Positions 26,746-29,661 of a DNA stretch of 29,661 nt are shown here, piece after piece; within the stretch, counting starts at the first letter, position 1; each line of letters begins with the position of its first letter. A program made the translations under genes and the position numbers. A model generated the notes under the pieces. The model saw only the letters and a list, made by a program, of their open reading frames with translations, was not told the DNA's origin and made no database searches. The stretch spans positions 1 to 29,661 of IMG/VR virus record IMGVR_UViG_3300030372_001141. The stretch is one strand, 5' to 3'. Origin of the DNA: a virus. Lineage: Duplodnaviria > Caudoviricetes.

Positions 26746-27913
26746 AAATTCATTTAACAGAGTAGCAAAACCTAGAATATATCTTGACATTATAGAGTAT
26801 GCAAAAGCAATTGGTTACGTAAAAAGTTTTTCAAATGTAAATCAAACTCCAATAAATGGTGATAACAACTACCCTAACGTGTACAATTACAATCCGACCA
26901 ACGTAGTTTCATATATAGCAAATGGTGAATTTCCTGTTACAGGTGGCAATATAGAAAGAAGTAACAATCAATTATATATGGGTTGGAACTGCAAATTTAA
27001 AAACTGGGATAATGAAAATAGAAATTGGGCTATGTTACTTAAAAGAATAAACTATGTCGCTGTGCTTGGACATAATATGCAAACGTGTGACCCTAGTTTT
27101 CACAAATTTACTGTTACTTGCAAAGGTTCAGGAGGACAAACAACAATACCTACAGGCTACACATCTTTAGTAGGAAACAATGAGTCATGTGGTAACGGTT
27201 ACACTGTAGTAGAAATAGATAAATGGAATCAATCAGACCCTGAATATTTTGAATCATTTAATTTTAATATATTGTCTGACAGTGATAATGACGAATATTT
27301 TCAAAGTAACTCAACAACAGTAAACATAGGTGCTGTTTCAGCAGGAATGTTTTATGATTTTCCACACAACACTGACATCGATGTTAAAATTAATTACAAC
27401 TATGACGGCATTAAATCTAAAAACACAATATCAGGAAGAACTCTTACAAATGTAAATTATTACAAATCACCTGATTGGGGCAACTATCCTAAGTGGACAC
27501 ATATTCCTAAAGCTACTCTTAATAATGGTAATTATATAGGAGATTCATGGCTAGATGATATGGACATGAAACCAGTAAACGCTACGGGTAGAAGGTCATA
27601 TGATGTTAATTTTTCATTTTTATCTAAGTCAGATACGTTTAATAAATCAATGGAAGGCAATATGTTTGCGTACAACATGGAAAATAATATATCTTTAGTA
27701 GCAGCAGACACGCCTAGATTTGGAGTCACAAAAGATAATTTAATGACAACGCTAAATGTGTTGAGTCTAGGTGGTAACATACCATTTATATTTCAGCCTG
27801 ATAGCACTAAACAAGAATTTGTAAAAGTTAAACTAAATCAGAAAAACCTATCTATCACACAGACAGCTCCTGAGCTTTATTCTGTTAAATTAAGATTGAC
27901 TGAAGTTTGGTAA
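26732..27913 (+). CDS. Putative distal tail / tail-tip protein
   Basis: GRRSYDVNFSFL...PFIFQPD...YSVKLRLTEVW resembles Dit-type beta architecture; last late gene. Confidence 0.5.
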   Translation: MALSKNSFNRVAKPRIYLDIIEYAKAIGYVKSFSNVNQTPINGDNNYPNVYNYNPTNVVSYIANGEFPVTGGNIERSNNQLYMGWNCKFKNWDNENRNWAMLLKRINYVAVLGHNMQTCDPSFHKFTVTCKGSGGQTTIPTGYTSLVGNNESCGNGYTVVEIDKWNQSDPEYFESFNFNILSDSDNDEYFQSNSTTVNIGAVSAGMFYDFPHNTDIDVKINYNYDGIKSKNTISGRTLTNVNYYKSPDWGNYPKWTHIPKATLNNGNYIGDSWLDDMDMKPVNATGRRSYDVNFSFLSKSDTFNKSMEGNMFAYNMENNISLVAADTPRFGVTKDNLMTTLNVLSLGGNIPFIFQPDSTKQEFVKVKLNQKNLSITQTAPELYSVKLRLTEVW

Positions 27914-27956
27914 AGTTTCCCTCCAACTAATCGAATAACACTCGACTAGTAGGCAT

Positions 27957-27993
27957 AAAAGAGCCCTTTTCTTAATCGTTAAGGGCTTTTTTT
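27957..27993 (+). terminator. Rho-independent terminator ending the late operon
   Basis: AGCCCTT (27962-27968) / AAGGGCT (27981-27987) stem followed by a T-run to 27993. Confidence 0.85.
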
Positions 27994-28027
27994 ATTGTCA
28001 GAAAAACACTTTTTTAAAATAAAATGC

Positions 28028-28057
28028 TTGCTTTTTAAATATAAAGTGTAATATATT
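28028..28057 (+). promoter_or_regulatory. Putative early sigma70 promoter
   Basis: TTGCTT (28028-28033), 18 nt, TATATT (28052-28057), with an AT-rich UP-like region upstream; sits directly after the terminator. Confidence 0.55.
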
Positions 28058-28102
28058 TATTTAAGGTTGTTGGGACTTTATAACATAAACAAGGAGTTAA
28101 AA

Positions 28103-28303
28103 ATGAAAAACACAAAACTATCAAATACTGTAGAGCTTGTATTAGAGACACACTTTATGCGAATTGCAAAAGTTATTTCTGGTTGGGACAAAGGAGCTAT
28201 TTTAATTCAAAATAGAGCTACGTCTTTCGAGGACTGGAGCACACCTATTAGAATGTCTAAGAATGACCTTGACATTTTTTTAAGCAACTTAAATAACGAT
28301 TAA
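28103..28303 (+). CDS. Early hypothetical protein
   Basis: SD AAGGAG at 28091-28096 supports ATG 28103 rather than TTG 28067. Confidence 0.75.
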   Translation: MKNTKLSNTVELVLETHFMRIAKVISGWDKGAILIQNRATSFEDWSTPIRMSKNDLDIFLSNLNND

Positions 28304-28305
28304 GC

Positions 28306-28602
28306 ATGAATCAAGAACATCAATACATAGACGGAGTGCAGTGCGACAATCAGGATTGCTATGCCTGTGCTAAGATGAAAGATTGTAATAGGTTAGATGA
28401 GTTAGATAAACAAAACAAGGAGAACAAAATGACATACAAGGGAAAAAAGGGCGGAGATTCGTGGTACGAAAAGTATGAGTCTGTAACAATGCCTTCTACA
28501 GTATTCTGTTGGGATTGTGCTAAACCTTTACCAAAAGGCGTAGAAATTTCTACTAAATGTCCATGTCATACAAAAAAAAATAAAAAAAAGGGAGATGCGT
28601 AA
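28306..28602 (+). CDS. Cys-rich early protein; strong internal start at 28429
   Basis: CDNQDCYAC and CWDC...CPCH clusters; AAACAAGGAG precedes the in-frame ATG 28429. Confidence 0.65.
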   Translation: MNQEHQYIDGVQCDNQDCYACAKMKDCNRLDELDKQNKENKMTYKGKKGGDSWYEKYESVTMPSTVFCWDCAKPLPKGVEISTKCPCHTKKNKKKGDA

Positions 28603-28868
28603 TGAACTATATAACAGAGCTGTGTGGCAGTGTATTTGGGTCAAATACGCAAGAATTACTAGAGTCGCATGATAAGCATAGCAAAGATAAAACCTTGCTT
28701 AAAATCAAAGAAAAGATTAAACTTATCGGTTGGGGTGGGTATCATATTGTCGGCTATATAAACGGACATAAATACTACAAAGTCAAATTGCATGATGGGA
28801 CATTAATCACAATGGAAAAGAATGGACGTGTCATGCACATATTACAAGATAAAACAAGGAGGGCATAA
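28602..28868 (+). CDS. Early hypothetical protein
   Basis: TAATG coupling on both sides; SD GGGAG. Confidence 0.7.
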   Translation: MNYITELCGSVFGSNTQELLESHDKHSKDKTLLKIKEKIKLIGWGGYHIVGYINGHKYYKVKLHDGTLITMEKNGRVMHILQDKTRRA

Positions 28869-29356
28869 TGCCAGTTAAAATACATGGTAAGGAATATTAC
28901 ACAGTAGCAGAACGATTAAACGAATTAAATAAACATACTGAGGGACAATACTCTTTAGAGTCAGAAATGGTTTATTTTGAAAACGGTATGGTCGTTTTTA
29001 AAGCGACGCTGCAAGTTGGTGACAGCACTTACGTTGGACATGCGATGGAAAAAGAAAGTGCAAACATGATTAACAAAACTAGTTATGTTGAGGTAGCAGA
29101 GACTAGTTCATGGGGTAGGGCACTTGCAGCAGCAGGGTATATAGGAACTGAGGTCGCATCGGCTGAAGAAGTAGCAACAGCTATATTCAATCAAGAGCCT
29201 AGCAAACAACTAGCTACAGACAAACAAAAAAACTACATACGCAATCTATGCCAAGCAAAAGGTGTAGACGCTGATGAGTATGTGATGGAAGACATGACAA
29301 TGCAAGAAGCTAGTGACAATATAGAAGCACTACAGAATATAAAAGTGGAGGTGTAA
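28868..29356 (+). CDS. Single-strand annealing recombinase (Rad52/Sak-like)
   Basis: GKEYYTVAERL...GHAME...EVAETSSWGRALAAAG; C-terminal ATDKQKNYI...EASDNI helix module. Confidence 0.7.
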   Translation: MPVKIHGKEYYTVAERLNELNKHTEGQYSLESEMVYFENGMVVFKATLQVGDSTYVGHAMEKESANMINKTSYVEVAETSSWGRALAAAGYIGTEVASAEEVATAIFNQEPSKQLATDKQKNYIRNLCQAKGVDADEYVMEDMTMQEASDNIEALQNIKVEV

Positions 29357-29357
29357 A

Positions 29358-29552
29358 ATGGTAATACATGAAGTAGAGTTTACAGGTACAGGGCAAACGC
29401 AATCGGCTTACTTTTCTAGTAAGTCGAAAGCTGACAAGTTTATATCATCAAACGCAACACATATAAACGTCAAGAGCGTCAAAATACATACGATGGAAAA
29501 GACTAAGCAGCAAATTATTAAGTTTTTAAATCGTAACAATGGAATAGGTTAG
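29358..29552 (+). CDS. Early hypothetical protein
   Basis: SD GGAGGT; 64 aa. Confidence 0.7.
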   Translation: MVIHEVEFTGTGQTQSAYFSSKSKADKFISSNATHINVKSVKIHTMEKTKQQIIKFLNRNNGIG

Positions 29553-29560
29553 GAGGATAT

Positions 29561-29661
29561 ATGGCAAAGCAATCACAAAAAACAAAAGTAATACAGTGGC
29601 TAAAATCAGGTAAAACATTAACACCATTAGAAGCATTGCAAAATGGAATGGGTATGCGACA
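29561..29661 (+). CDS. 5' part of the wHTH gene (continues at 1-262)
   Basis: AGGAGG followed by ATG 29561; same sequence as the window start. Confidence 0.75.
   Translation, partial: MAKQSQKTKVIQWLKSGKTLTPLEALQNGMGMR
29563..29660. repeat. Terminal direct repeat, copy 2
   Basis: Identical to 1-98. Confidence 0.97.

Noticed and set aside
1383-27780. All minus-strand ORFs in the track (e.g. 6971-7369, 7728-8183, 19735-20247, 20563-21057)
   Set aside because: They are antisense shadows of well-supported + strand genes, with S/F/L/I-rich composition, no recognisable motifs and no room for promoters.
21475-27913. Diversity-generating retroelement or invertible tail cassette
   Set aside because: There is no reverse transcriptase or invertase, and no TR/VR-like repeat pair was noticed by eye.
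27914-27956. Second anti-SD element (CCCTCC with a TCGA...TCGA mini-stem) before the late terminator
   Set aside because: Only 6 nt of complementarity and a 4-bp stem, indistinguishable from chance.
29563-29661. 98-bp repeat as a biological terminal repeat or att site
   Set aside because: It starts inside a start codon, and its length fits a k=99 assembler overlap. It is best read as a circularisation artefact.
1-29661. Stop-codon reassignment, CRISPR array, introns or inteins
   Set aside because: Genes tile fully under code 11 with TAA, TAG and TGA all used as stops. No repeat-spacer array was seen, and core proteins are of normal length.

Overview
This is an apparently complete, circular, AT-rich tailed-phage genome (Caudoviricetes, siphovirus-like) of 29,562 bp. 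Bases 1-98 recur at 29563-29660 and one gene reads through the junction. Every credible gene is on the + strand. Gene order from the early promoter (~28030): small early genes, a Rad52/Sak-like annealing protein, a winged-HTH protein, a replication initiator with a probable internal origin, a structured intergenic element, a SpoVG-like protein, RusA and a ParB-methyltransferase fusion. These are followed by terminase, portal, small basic proteins, head morphogenesis, scaffold and major capsid. Next come a lysis block containing a Zn-ribbon/metallophosphoesterase, three fibre-like genes, adaptor, tail terminator, tail tube, frameshifted tail chaperones, tape measure, tail-tip genes and a terminator. 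No integrase, CI repressor, polymerase, primase or helicase is recognisable. The most striking unexplained feature is a ~92-nt multi-stem element (1133-1224) that is complementary, in the correct order, to the 5' leader and ribosome-binding sites of the phage's own early genes; it is a candidate trans-acting antisense RNA regulator. Also notable are no GATC found by eye, near-absence of Pro-Gly (CCNGG) outside the tail-tip C-terminus, and several unannotated protamine/AT-hook-like peptides. All protein calls come from motif recognition by eye; no searches were run.
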